Shown here: positions 24,089-36,715 of the stretch, one piece after another
Layout of the letters: the number at the start of each line of letters is the position of its first letter
How positions within the stretch are numbered: the stretch's first letter is position 1
Source: Vicugna vicugna
Lineage: Eukaryota
Assembly: GCA_013265495.1 (NCBI GenBank)
Contig: MU059829.1
Location: 3,844,001 to 3,908,000, forward strand
DNA length: 64,000 bases
Reading direction: 5' to 3'
Translations under genes and position numbers: made by a program
Notes under the pieces: generated by a model
Databases searched by the model: none
What the model was told of the DNA's origin: nothing
The model's input: only the letters and a program-made list of their open reading frames with translations

Positions 24089-27000
24089 AGCAGCGGTGGG
24101 AGGGGCTCAGCTTTAGAGACTCACTGGAGCTTCACGTCCGTCTACGGGGGGGCCAGAGCGGTCATTTCCAAAAGCTAGTGAGAAAGTCGTTCAGGAATGC
24201 GAGGCTGGGCACAGTTCTCAACGATGGCCAGGCGGTCACACCAGGAGGTGAGCCCGGACAGCCGAGGACGCGCAGTAAATGCAGGTGCACCTTTCCAGAG
24301 CACCAGTCTCACTCGACTACCCGTGAGACAGAGAACGGATCTGAGACCACCCTCCCCGACCCTCCTGGAGCCGGTCGGCGGAGTTTTGGAAGCAGCTGGT
24401 GGAGGTGACATTCGAAACAATGTCAGAGCTCGCTGCGCTGAACTCCGCCCTGTTTCAGTGGAACCCAGCCAGCTTCCCCCACGACCCCGGTGCACATGGC
24501 AGCAGGCTCCTGCCACCAGTCTTCCCACGTGGACACTGCTTCCCAACACTGCCGTGAACGGCCTACAGCAGACCTGGTGTGAGTGGAGACCACTGTGACA
24601 ACGGGGTGGACAGAGGGAGCGCCATTACCCCCCGCTGCAGCCACTTGCTGAAGCCACCGTCACATTAGTCGGACAATGCTGCAGTCCTGTGGTCCTGAGT
24701 GTAGGTAAACTTCCTTTCAACACACGGCAGCTCTGGGAACAGTGCAAACACGCAGACCCTGGCCGCACGCTCTCAGCGAGCCGTGTCACATCATACAGCT
24801 CCTCACACCCTCGTTTTGGTAGCCAGGTCCTGCAGGTAAGTGAAAACTGCGCGAGTAAGTCGTTGTGTGATTTCCTGGATCATCCTTAAATGCTTTGGTT
24901 TGGGAAACTGAGTTTCATTTACTTCTCCAAAAAGGGAGTTTATGAGTTAAATTTTCTTTCACAGAGAATTTATAATTTCTTAAGACTGGCTTAGGGCTAC
25001 TGAAGGCATCTGAAATACGCTTATTCTGTCACTTGGCTTTAAAGAAAACTAGCGAGCAACATGGGGCTCACAAACAGCCCGTCTCCACGTGCGGGTTACC
25101 CTTTCATATTGCAAACAGATCCTCGTGAAATGTGATGCGGAACAGTTCTAACTGCTAATAAAAACATTAAAAGGATTTTGCTTTAAAATTACAAAGCATA
25201 AAGCTTTGCTATTTGTTTTCATTCAGAAATGCATCTTGAAAATGATCTCTTATCCTCCTTAGGAATTTTTCCGCCTCTGCCGTAATAAACAGCAAATTAG
25301 GAACATCTGACTTTTAGTCCGTTTGCATCTGTGCTGTGTCACAGGCAGTGAAAATCTGGGAACCTTTCCCTGGTCTTTGCAAGGAAACTCCTCTCTCCAG
25401 ACGTGCATGCGTCTCTCTAAGGAAAAAGGTCAAAGCAATTCAGATGCACAGAGGGTCCCCGTGTGGCGTCGGGACGGGGAGGCGTCACCAGGTGGGAAAA
25501 AGGTCATGAGCACGAGGAGAGGGAAGATCTCTCTGCCCGGCAGGTGGAAAGACCAAGTGAAGTGACCACGGGGCTCCTGGGGGGGGCCCTGGAAGTGCCC
25601 CCCAAACTCCGATTTCACCATGAAAAGGCAGAAGCAGGTAAAGCTGGGCGGTCCCTTGTGCGTCCTCACGGCCTGAAAGCAGCCAGACGCTCGCCAAGAG
25701 CCCGAGCTCCAGGCATGATGGTCTGTTCCGTTTCCAGAGTCGCCTCACACACGAAAAGTTTACCTGCAAGAGGACCTGGGGGGCGTGGGGATCCCCCATT
25801 CGGGGGGGGGGGCTGCGCACACAGCAGCGGTGTCCACTCTGCGGGCTGAGGGGCCCCCACTCGGCACCACGGCGGGGGCGGGCGGGGGGGTTGGGATGCT
25901 GATGACGGCTGCACGGGGTCTGAGTGGGTTACAGACACCCGGAGGGGCCGGCCCACCAGCTGCGGCGACACAAGCTCGCGAGCACAGAAACCGAGGCAGC
26001 GGGCACCGTCGGCTCCTGGTCAAGCAGCTGCTGGTCAGCCCGGGGTGGCACCAGGAGCCCAGGGACAGGAAACCTGGGCCTCAGTTTGTCCCCTAATTCA
26101 TAAACAGTCCTGAGTCTGGTTTAATTTGCTGAATCCCCTTACGACGTGGTTGATGGCGTTTAGAAGAGTCACACTGATTTTTCTGAAATGAACACTTGGC
26201 CTGTTCACTGGGCTACGTCACCCTGGCAGGCCGCGGGCTCAGTCAGCGGGGACGTGGAAAGGCCACTCTGGCGGGAGGCCCTGCCCTAGAACATGCAAAT
26301 ATCCTCCCTGGAGCGTCCCAGGCGCAGCAGGAAGCAGCTGCGCCGACGTCACTCCAGCTTCTCGTGACCTGCCGGAGCCGCGGCCCCTCGGAGCAGCCCC
26401 GCAGCCGAGAGGCGTGGCCGCCGCCCCCAGAAGCCTGCGAGCTGGCCCCCAAAGTGCGTCCCCCCCGGGGCGGTGTCGGCCCGCTGCGGTTTCCGCCAAG
26501 ACCTCAAGCTAGCGGTGTTGAGAACTGAGCCCCAACGGAAGGGGAGAGGCCAGCTCGTCACACTCACAGTCACAGTCACGGGGAAGGCGCGCTGAGCCCA
26601 CGCCTCCAGGGAACCAGATAGATTTTACCAGTTTTGCTAAGCTATAAAAAAGCCGTGACTTACAGTACAGTCTTTTTTTTTCTTTCAAATTTTGTTCTTT
26701 CTGGCTGGAGAAGTTTATACTCCAGTGAGTGCATGAGAGGACCACCTCACGGTCACTGTCACACGTGTGCAACGAGCCCCACCCAGGAGCACGTTCTAGA
26801 CGAGGTTTTACCCTGTGTGTCCGTCCGTCCGGGAGGACGGTGGCCCAGCGACCGCAATTCCACGTGTTCACATGGGTGTGCGCACACACGCACTCAAGCA
26901 CCTAAGGGCGAGGCAGACCTCGATGGCGCTTCCCGCTGTGAAACACTGGCTCGGGGGTGAGACGGCTGGAAGGAGGAGGGGAAAGACGTGGGTCTTCAGC

Positions 27001-27917
27001 CTCCCTGGTCTCCAGCTCACGAAACGCAATGAGAATCTGATGGATTTCAGACACCTTTCAGAGGACGGGACTCAAGCACCAGGTGTCACAAGAGGACCCT
27101 CGCTCCGAGCGTCCCTGAACACCGCTCTAAAGGGCCCACCTCCCTCGCAGCCCACCAGGCCCAGGGCCGCACACCCGGGAGCAGGTGTGAGATGCAGACA
27201 AAGCACGAAGCACCGCAGCACGGTGAGCTAGGAACCACCTCACACACAGCACGCAGGTGCGGGGGAGCACGCCACACAAGCAGCACGCTCCCCGTGGACA
27301 GGACGCTGCCGAGGAAGAGCCCCGAGGACAGGCCCGGGGTGAGCGAGGGGCAGCGGGGCCCAGGACGGGCAGGGGGAGCGTGCGGGTGCCGGCGACCGCA
27401 GACTGGAGGAGGGCTCTCGGGACACCGGGGCCGCAGGTGCCCCGCCTGACGGTACGGTCCCTGGTTCTGCAGGAGCCCAGAAGCACCGCATCCGAACGTC
27501 AAAGGCCACGCGGGGCGATAAGAATCAAGGGCGTCGTTACCAGAAGTGCAAGAGTCAAGGAAAGACAGGGAGATCAGTCCATCCTGCGGCTCAGGACCAA
27601 CAGCAGTCGTGGGGTCGCAACTCTGTGACCTGTGACCCCTGAGTTTTGATTTAACAGGAACTGGGGACACGGGCACCCCAGGAGGGGGGGTTCCTGCAAG
27701 GTGTCCACGGTGGGTGGGTGGGAGCCCCGTGCTCTGCGTCTCATCTGTCTCTCCTCCCGCGGGAGCCGAGAGTGTGTCCCACCTGCCCCTGACTCCCAGC
27801 CCGCCTCAGCCGGGCCAGCTCACCCTCCCAGCCGCTTCTGCCACTGCCAGTCAGGCTCCCGCACGCGACCTGCATGTCCGCACGCCAGCTGAAGCGTACG
27901 TGTGCCGGGCACGCGCT

Positions 27918-28140
27918 GAAACACCAGCCACACACTCGTACATAATGGATGCACAGGCACACACGGAGGGTCCACAAGTGGCAACACCAGCCACACGCTT
28001 ACACACACCAGCCACGTGACCACACAAATGCCAGCTACCTGCTTATACAGACCTAGCTGCACGCTTACACGCAACCAGCACATGCGTGTGCACACCAGCC
28101 ACGTGCTCATGCACACCAGGCACGCACAGGCACACACTAG
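27918..28140 (+). repeat. CA-rich degenerate repeat with four exact ACACCAGCCAC copies
   Basis: Motif at 27,921, 27,984, 28,005 and 28,092. Confidence 0.75.
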
Positions 28141-28501
28141 CTCTGCAGGTCCCACACCCCCACTTCTGCACGTTGGTTGGTTTCACCCCTGCTGATGGAC
28201 ACCCTGCCCTCTCGGGGCCAGCGGACCCCAGCCAAGGCTGCCCTGTGACCCCCACCCTGAGGACCCGGCTCTTCCACTGCAGTCCTTGCCCCACCCCCAC
28301 TCCTGCCCCAGCGCCTTGAGAACAATGGGAAGGCTTGTGTGGTCTCAGCTTCCGATCTATAAACTGGGCGGCACTCTCGCTGGGCTCCAGGCAAAGGTGG
28401 GAGTCACAGAGGCATCCTGAGCACCTCTCCCAGGGCGGGGGTGGGGGGACACACAGGACAGAGACTGCCAGGCCCGCCCCACCCGCCAGCTCCGCTCTTA
28501 C

Positions 28502-28676
28502 CTGGCAGCATGTGGTGGACGGGGGTGGCTATGTTGATGTCCTGGAGATGCTTGAGGGTCTCTGTGTGGAACAGGCGGAGGGTGGACCCCGAGGTGAAGG
28601 CCACCCAGATCCCCACGCCGGCAACGGCCAAGTGTGAGACCACCATGCCCTCCTCCTGGTGGGCCTCAAGCTGACC
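28502..28676 (-). CDS. ARHGEF10: ARHGEF10 exon 27 (175 nt): GQLEAHQEEGMVVSHLAVAGVGIWVAFTSGSTLRLFHTETLKHLQDINIATPVHHMLP
   Basis: Acceptor cctctgcag|GGT, donor CAG|gtaaga; phase 0 to 1. Confidence 0.97.
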
Positions 28677-29629
28677 CTGCAGAGGCCGAGGAGGGCAGGC
28701 TCAGGGCTGCACCCTCACAGTGCTGCCCACGGCCCGCCCTGTGGACGGCGGCTCAGATGGGGAGCGCCGTTGTCCCACTGCAAGGCGCCCGGCTGGCGCC
28801 CTGGTCCTCAGCCGCCTTCAACCACCTGCGGCAAAGGCACGGTCACCCCAACCCCACCCACACTGATGACAGGACTCGTGTGGACCCACCGGCCTCTCCC
28901 ACACCTGCCCGCAGGCGGGACCAGTAGAGGCAGCGTCCCCAGGGGGCTCACACCCCCCCCCTCGGGTCCGAGCTGCTCGGCCCCTGCCCGGCCCTGGGGG
29001 GCCTGCTGCGTCTCCATCTGACCAGGTCCTTCCCGAGCCTCCGGGCTGAGCTCTGCCCCCACGTCTCCACCTCTATCCTGACAGCCCGGCTCTGGGGGAC
29101 CCACGGGAAGGAGCTCTGGCAACGTGTCCCCACGACGGACGATGGACAGCCTGTGCCTCTGGGGAAGTGGAGGTGGGACGAGGGGGTGAGAGCAAACAGC
29201 GTCCTCAGAGAAGTCCCCTCAGCCACAGCAGGTGACAGGCCCGCCAACTCCCTCGCTTGGAACGATGCAGCCCAGGGCCCTACGCCTGCGAATCTGTCCT
29301 GGGGCCGCAAATGGGGGACACTGTGCCCTTGTGCTGCTCGGTGGCCAGGTTACCGTCCTGCTCGCCCACTGCACGGAGAGGGGCCGCGTAGTCAAACCTC
29401 CACGTTGTACCTCAGACCACGCGGCACTCGATGAGCTGGACTGAGGAATGGACGTGAATCTCCAATTTCAGTCGGACGGGAGGCTCCCCGCCCAAGGGTA
29501 CCACCTTGTCTCAATGGAAGACTGCACGGGGACAGGCGGGCATCCTGGGCCCACGCTCAGGGGCTGCAGAGCCGGGGAGCAGCACGGGGTGCCGGGCGGC
29601 ATCGGGGTCTGGCCTCGCCCACGCAGCAC

Positions 29630-31165
29630 AGGCGTTCCCGGCTCATCCACACGGTCCCCGTGCCGACGCGTCTCTCCTTTCATGATGAACGGGCCCCCTG
29701 TGAGGAGGCGCCAGCTGACAGACACCGGGTTGCTCCCGTCCCTTCTGTCGCACGTATATACAACATGTCCCGTGTAAATAAAGCTGCTGCGAACTCTCGG
29801 ACCAGCCTCTGTGTGAACGCCTACATCCGTCCTCTTGAGTGTGCGCTGATGGCTGGAAATGCTGGGCCACGTGGTGATCCCGTGGTTCGCTTTCTGAGGG
29901 ACACACAGGTTTCCAGCAGCTGCCACATTTCACGTTCCCACCAGCAGCGAGCGAGGCTTGCATCCCCCACGTCCCCCAGTGTCCCCTCTGGTGCGGCTCA
30001 CGTCCTTCTCGCCGCTGCCATCCTAGTGCAGGTGAGCTAGGTGGCGTTTCAAGGCCGGTTTGATCTGCACTCCCCTGGGACGCCGCCGCCGCAAACCCTT
30101 CCACGCAGGCAGCGGCCAGCTGTGTGTCTTCTCTGTAGAAGCGTCTCTCCAGATCCCTCGTCCAGCTTTAACCGGACGCTGAGCGCTACGTTACACAAGC
30201 TGCTTGCTACGCGTTCTTGGCAGACACACGGCTCGTAAACATCCTCTCCCTCCTGGGCTTGTCTTTGCACTTTCCTGACAGTTTCCTTCGAGGCCCATAA
30301 GGTTCTGATTTTCATAAAGTCGAATGCATCTATTTTTCCCTCGGTTTCCTGTGCCTCAGGAGTCACACCTGAGAAACCACCGCCTGGTCCAAGGCCACAA
30401 AGATCTGCTCCTGCGTTCTTCCCTACGGCGTCTACAGGCTTAGCTCCACACTGGGGTTTAATCCATTTTTCCCCTTGCTTTCGTCTGTGGTGCTAGGTCA
30501 GGGTCCACCCTCATTCTTCTGCGCGTGGACGTCCGGCTGTCCCAGGGCCACTTGCTGAAAAGGTGACTCTTTCTCCAGTGAACTGCTCTGGCACGTCTGC
30601 TGAAAACCAGCTGACCCCAGACAGGCGATTTTATTTGTGGACTCTGCTCCGTTCCACTGACCGGATGTCTGTCCCTGGGCCTCGCTGACTTGGTCACTGT
30701 GCTGTGTAGTAAATGTGAACCTGGGAAGCGTGGGTACAAAGCCTCCAGCTTTGTATTTTTCCAAGATTGTTTTGGCCACTGTGGGTCCCTGGGGTTTCCA
30801 TATAAATTTTAGGATCTGCTTGTCAAGTTTTGTTTAAAAGAAAAAGAAAAGTAGGCAGCTGGGACTTGGACAGGGTTGTGCTGAGTCTGCAGATCAACCT
30901 GGGGACGATTTCCGTGTTAATGATACTGCGTCTTCCAAGCCACGTACGTGGGCTGCCTTGCCATTTATCTAGGTCCTCCTGATTGCCTTCAGTTAAGCTT
31001 TGTAGTTTTCAGCGTATGCATTGTACACTTCTGTTGTTAAATGTATTTCTATTTTGCTCCTTTTGATGTCATTGTAAACGAATTTTTAAAAAATCTCCTT
31101 TTCAGATTGTTTGCTGCTAACGTGCAGAAATCAGCTTGATTTCCGTGTACTGATCTTGCAGCCTG
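29630..31165 (-). mobile_element. Ancient L1 (L1M-type) fragment covering the ORF2 C-terminal region, same orientation as ARHGEF10
   Basis: Minus-strand translations resemble L1 ORF2 (AKTILEKYKAGG...; ...WGQLVFSRRARAVHWRKSHLFSKWPW..MRVDPDLAPQTK); frameshifted; nucleotide similarity to recalled L1M consensus. Confidence 0.85.
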
Positions 31166-32789
31166 AGTTAACGCGTGACATGTGACACTCGGCCTGCGAT
31201 CCCGTGTCTCTGGGGGGAAGTGTCAGCACAGCCTGCATCACGGCTGGTTCCGCAGGTCAGTTCAGGACCAAGCGGTACCCGCCCCCTGCACAGCTGCCTG
31301 GGGTGGAGGACGGTGACCTGGGCGTAGAGGGTAAAAGCTTCGTCACACCTGTTCTGTATCTCCCCCTCAACGGCTCACGGCCGCACCTGCGCGCTGGTGT
31401 CCAGAAGGGACTCACACACAAATCAGCTCCAAGACGGAGCCAAACCAGCTGCCTCCAAGGTTGCAGTCGCAGGCCTCGCCCGCTGCCCGGACGGGCCCCG
31501 CTTTGGACGGGGAGGCGGCCCACCGACCACCCCGAGCGCTTAAAGGAACAGAGCCTGAAACCCAGGGATCTGAGGACAGGAACCCCAAGCTCCTCTGAAC
31601 ACAGTCTCAGGTCCCTCCGACCCACCATGCGCGGACTCACCCCGTTTCCAGGCAAAGCCCCTCAAGGAACTTTCTCCCGTCCTGACACACGCCACTCCTC
31701 TTCTCCGAGATGCTGTGCGTCTCCCCCTGGTAAGCCCCTCCTCACCCCGACGGGGCCGGCTTCGTGGACGTCCGACAGGTGCCCCACACCCGCTCTGCTG
31801 CTATGCGGCTGCTGTCTTGAGACCTGTGGTGACGCTTCCAGGCCCCACAGGCTTCGGGGCCAGTCCTGACCCCGGCCGGGCCTCTCCCGGCCCCCGCCTG
31901 GCTGGGGGGCTTCCCCGGGGCAGCCCCTGTCCCAGGCAAGCACGCAACCCGTTTCTGCTGGGCGACAGATGACGCGGGCAATAGCCCACCCCTGGGATGC
32001 AGGCAGGGTCTCCCACGGCCTCAGACTCGGTTTTCTGTTTGAAAAGGGACTTTTTGGGCAACAGTGTCTCCACGCCTCCTGCCACCTAGAAGTCGTGTGA
32101 CCCCAAAGGTCTCTGGAGAAGAGCAGGGCCTGTGGGCTCGGGCCTGGTCCGCTGGGCCCTGCGTTCCTGTCTTTCTACAGAACGTCAGGAATTCAACTCA
32201 TCGACTCAGAAGACGCTCCGCCACCAGGTCACCTTTAACACCTGATCCCTGACGTCCCCTCGTCCTGCTTCTCCCCGACGTCGGGGGTGGGGCTCGAGGG
32301 ACGCCTTCCTCTTTTCTTCCTTCCCTTCCGTCCACCTGTGCGTCGTCAGTCACGACCACTGGATGTTGCAGACGATCAAGAGTAAGGACGGTGAGGGTCT
32401 CCTTTCAGACGGGCATACGATGAACCAGATGCCCCCGGTGCTCTCGTGGGGACTCCCAAGCACTTAGGGAGAGATGGGCCACGAGCTTCTCTGCAGAGCA
32501 AGGTCGCTGCGGCATCGCGGGCACGGGGAGCCACAGCAGGTGACACAGGGCCACCGTCTGGAGACGCCGCGCTGAGGGCCCTTCCCCAGTCATGTGCCCC
32601 CAAGCACCATCGCTGGACGGCGTGCACGGCCTACCCTCTGCCCACCCGTGGACGGTCCTTGTTCAACAGCCATTTCTAGTTGCTAAGGATGCTAACGTGC
32701 ATGTGCATGGTGCACACGCATGGACACGGTTACACACGTGCGCACGGCTCTGCAAACACATACATTTATACACACACCACGAGGACGCT

Positions 32790-32990
32790 TGGGCGTGGAC
32801 ACGCCGAGCCTACTTGTGCTTCCTTGTCTCTGAGACGCCTCTTCCTGTCCTTTGAACACTTTCTATCAGCTTGGTGTCTTTTTTAACTCAGTAAGAATTC
32901 TCTCTGTATTAAGAACATTCACACTCGATCGTAGATGGAGCGATATTTTCCCAATTTCTCATTTATAAAAGTTTCTATACAAACAACACA
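32790..32990 (-). mobile_element. Ancient L1 (L1ME-like) fragment
   Basis: cctcttcctgtcctttgaacactttctatcagcttggtgtctttttt...gtaagaattctctctgtattaagaac...gatattttcccaat resembles antisense L1. Confidence 0.45.
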
Positions 32991-33262
32991 CATTCAATGT
33001 AAGAAAGTGTTCTATAGCTTGACTAAATCTATCACGTTCTTCCGTATGGCCACTTCCAGGTACGCCCGCCCCCACTCTGCTGTCTGCATCCTGGAAGCCC
33101 GGCTTTGCCTGCGTTTAAACATCCCTCCCTCAGGAACGCTGAGCAGGATAAAGCTGGAGCCACAGCCAAGAGGCCGCCTGAGCTTCCCACGTGCGAGAGG
33201 CACCCCCGACCTCTAGTTCTGAAGTGCCTCCCCTCCCGCCGTGCTCACACAGAGCGACTCAC

Positions 33263-33405
33263 CTCCACAGCCTGAGCCCCCGCACTGATGATGAACACCT
33301 GGCCCCCGGACGCGGCCCACAGGCTGTCTTCCGTCATCAGGAGACTTCGAACCGGTAGGACACCCAGCTTCAGCACTTTCTGAGGTTCTGAATTCCAGGA
33401 TCCAT
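33263..33405 (-). CDS. ARHGEF10: ARHGEF10 exon 26 (143 nt): (D)GSWNSEPQKVLKLGVLPVRSLLMTEDSLWAASGGQVFIISAGAQAVE
   Basis: Acceptor ttcttttcag|AT, donor GAG|gtgagt. Confidence 0.96.
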
Positions 33406-33664
33406 CTGAAAAGAAAACACTTCTCTTAGTTTCATTCAAATTCAGTTATCTGCACACGGGGACCGGAACAGGAGCACTGGTCACTTAAGTGACAGACAAA
33501 CGAAAGTCATCTGTGATGTTCTCACACACGGGCCCAATTCGCGGTGTGTCCACAGCTCCAAGAATCAGCCCCCTTCCCCAGGGCGATCTGGCCAAGCGGC
33601 GGAGCATGGAGCTCCCGTACGTAGTCAGCAGGCCTCCGCTCTGGTCCCAGCCCAGCCGCCTGGT

Positions 33665-33750
33665 GCATGTGCTGGGCAAACTATTCACCCTAGTCTCAGT
33701 TTCCTCATCTGTAAAATGGGGGCGATATGGCCACTTTCCTCAAAGGTTTT
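33665..33750 (+). mobile_element. MIR SINE core
   Basis: ctgggcaaactattcaccctagtctcagtttcctcatctgtaaaatggggg is the MIR core. Confidence 0.75.
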
Positions 33751-34129
33751 CACTGCAGGCCCGAGTCCTCAAACAGGCTGCCCACACCACGGCTGGGCCC
33801 ATAACTGCTAATTATGCTTGGAGCCACCACTTTAAAGTCTGGAAATTTCCCACAGAATTCCACATTGCCAACTCCCTAAAAAGTCAAAGACTGGCATCAG
33901 AATGTGGCTGGCAAGCGGCCCTTTTCCCCAGGCCTCTGGCCTGCCAAGTCCTCCCGCCTTCAACAACAAAACGAGAGCAAAGAAGACTTGTCTCCACACA
34001 AGACGCACAGATGCCCACAGATGGTCACAGTCACCGGGGACGCAAACCCAACCGACAGTGAGCTGTCGCGTCACACCTGTGAGAACGGCCGCCGCCAGAG
34101 ACAGGAGAGAACAAGTGTGGTGCGGACGT

Positions 34130-34760
34130 GGAGGGAAGGGACCCCGCGCACGGCTGATGGGAATGTAAATCGGTGCAGCCACTGTGGAGAACAGTACAGA
34201 GGCTCCTCAAAAAATTAAAAGTAGAACCACCATGTAACCCAGCAACCCTGCTTCTGGGTATTTATGTGAAGAAAACGAAAACACTAACTGGAAAGTCTAT
34301 CTGTGCCCCACGTTCACGGCGGCACCATTCACATGGCCGAGCACGCACGTGACCTGAGCTGTCGATGGATGAACGGTGACAGAAAATGTGACAGGTAGAC
34401 ACACGATGGCGTGTCGGCTGTGACGAGAATGAAATCCTGCCGCCTGTGACGACGCCAGTGGGACCTGAGGCTGTGATGCTGAGGAAATGAGCCAGACGGT
34501 GTGCTCTCACCTACATGCGGAATCTGCAAAGGCTGAACTCGGCAAGAGCGCAGAGCGGTGCTTTCCAGGGACCTGGGGTGGGGGCCGGGGAGGCGTCCGT
34601 CAAAGGGCACAAACCTCCGTTGTCAGGTGAGTAGGTCCTGGGATCTGGCGCACAGCGTCCCGGTCACAGTTAGTGACGCTGTGTCACACGGTCGAGAGCT
34701 GTTAGAAGAGTGGATCTTAAAGCGTCCTCACACCAGAAAAGCAAAGTCACTACGTGGTGT
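34130..34760 (+). mobile_element. L1 3' end (L1MA-like: ORF2 end plus 3' UTR), antisense to ARHGEF10
   Basis: gctgatgggaatgtaaatcggtgcagccactgtggagaacagtacagaggctcctcaaaaaattaaaagtagaa... and ...gtcaaagggcacaaacctccgttgtcaggtgagtaggtcctggggatct...gtggatcttaaagcgtcctcacacc. Confidence 0.88.
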
Positions 34761-35737
34761 GACGGGGGAGGTAGCTAGCGACCGTGGGGACCCACACCAA
34801 GCTGGGGGCTTGCCAGCCCAGATCGGAATTTCGGCAGCTGCAAACCTTCAAACAGCTGATAATCCCCTGAGACTCCCCTCTGCCAGGGCAGCGGAAGCAG
34901 CAGCTCGAGTGAGCATGTGGTGCCACCAGGGCCGGGCAGAGCCGCAGGGAAGAGCAGCAGACAGAATCCCACGATCAATCCGCCTAAGTCTGAACAAGCG
35001 TGGCCTTCACTCCAACATGTCACGTCCAGCAGGGGAGGAACGACGTGCGCTCCACAGAGTCATCAGGCCCTGAGGTGCCCCTCACCCCGCAACCCGCCTT
35101 CAGGAAGAACAGCCTCGGCCCTCCAGCCGCTCGTGTCCCGGGACTGCGGCTGCCCCAGCCTGCGGACTCCCCATGGGGGGCGGGGGGGCGCTCATCCCCC
35201 AGGGCTCCGCCCTCCTGCTGAGACCTGGACCCCCAGCGCCTGCAGGCGCTGCTCCCAGGGCCCAGAGCACCCCACCTCCCTCCCAGCCGGCCCAGCCCAG
35301 TCTTAGCCTGTTTATCATGCACCCCTCAGGGCCAAGTAGGATTCGCTCAAATCTGTGGCCACAGGTGACCAGACCGGGGTTGCAGGTACCAAGCTGACCG
35401 TCAGGGTTCCCTGCGGAGGTGCCGACCCGGCGCTAGCCTGGGGGTCCCGTGGAGCAGGGCTGTGCAGACCGGTGACAGCCTCACCTCGCTCCATCCAGAA
35501 GGGAAACCCCGGGGGCCCTGAGCGAGGGCGGATGAAGGTCCAGACTGAAGCCTCTGCTCCGGGAACACGGGTGTCGGCAGGGGCGGACTCCGAGCAACCT
35601 CCCGCGTGCTCCGCAGGCGCCGACCTATCTCACACCCTCCACGTGGCGGGGACAAGGGGTGATAGACGCCGACGGGACGCGACACTCAGCCCAGAGCGAC
35701 CCCCTTCCCAGGACAGCCACGCCCGCGGGACGGTCAC

Positions 35738-35895
35738 CTTCTGCTCTGGCGTAGACGGCCACGGCCCCGCTGACCAGGCCGGCGTACAGGCTGTGCGGCG
35801 AGCAGGCCAAGCTCAGGACCGCGCACTTCTCGGGGGTGAAGAAATGCTGCAGCTGCACCTTCTTGGAGCCCTGGCTGCTCTTATAGACGGAGATG
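35738..35895 (-). CDS. ARHGEF10: ARHGEF10 exon 25 (158 nt): ISVYKSSQGSKKVQLQHFFTPEKCAVLSLACSPHSLYAGLVSGAVAVYARAE
   Basis: Acceptor ctcgcgcag|C, donor AAG|gtgacc; phase 2 to 1. Confidence 0.96.
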
Positions 35896-36069
35896 CTGCG
35901 CGAGAGAAGGGGAGCTGACACGGGCCGCTCACGGTGGGGGGAGCCAGGCTGTCTGTCCCACGGCCACGCCCAGCACTGCCTCCCCGTCCCCCCAACTCCT
36001 TCCGGAATCTCGGCCACTCCCACAGTGATCTCTCCTTCCTTTCAAGAGACAAGTTCCCAGTTATTCAAA

Positions 36070-36089
36070 AATCAATCAATCAATCAATC
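36070..36089 (+). repeat. (AATC)5 microsatellite
   Basis: Read directly; in intron 24. Confidence 0.9.
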
Positions 36090-36491
36090 TTAGTTCTTCC
36101 TACAGATCCTGGAATGTCGCATCAGAAAAATCGTTTTAACTTTCCTTTAAACCCTGCGGACATTCAGGTCAACGAGGACACAGAACACAGCCCTGCTTTA
36201 CTCCAAAGTATCAGTGCTGCACAGGGAAAGCACGAGTAAGAATGAAGCACGCCCGTGCAAACGGCAGGTGCACCTAAGACAGTCCCTGCGAAGAGTCACC
36301 GTTTCTCCCTGGGGTTTCCTAGGGTGATATCCACGGCCTCAGTCACCGGCCGCTTCCAAGTGCGAGACCCGCCCACGTCCACTTGCATCAGGTCCCTCCC
36401 AGCAGAGGGCCACGGGGACTGTCCACCAGGGCCCCACCGCCCTGCCGCTGACGAAGCCCAGAGGCCCGTGTGACACAGCGAACAGGCTCAC

Positions 36492-36715
36492 CTCCCCTCC
36501 TCCGTCCCTAAGCAGACGGTGGGGACGCCCAGTGCGTGCCCTGCCGTAGCCTCGGGCTCCGGGGGGACGCCGGGCCCCCGGGGCTTCTCCTCCGCGGGCA
36601 CGTACGCCATGCACAGGATGCGGGACTCGACGTTGAAGCACTCGATGACTTTGGGGCCGGGACTTTGAAAGGAGACGATGGCGATCTGGCCCATCTGAGC
36701 GGCACAGCTTCCGAT
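36492..36715 (-). CDS. ARHGEF10: ARHGEF10 exon 24 (224 nt), beta-propeller region: IGSCAAQMGQIAIVSFQSPGPKVIECFNVESRILCMAYVPAEEKPRGPGVPPEPEATAGHALGVPTVCLGTEEG(S)
   Basis: Acceptor ccccattcag|ATC, donor GAG|gtgagc; phase 0 to 2. Confidence 0.96.

Noticed and set aside
30458-30779. ORFs resembling L1 ORF2 protein
   Set aside because: Frameshifted fragments of a dead L1; not a gene or an active element.
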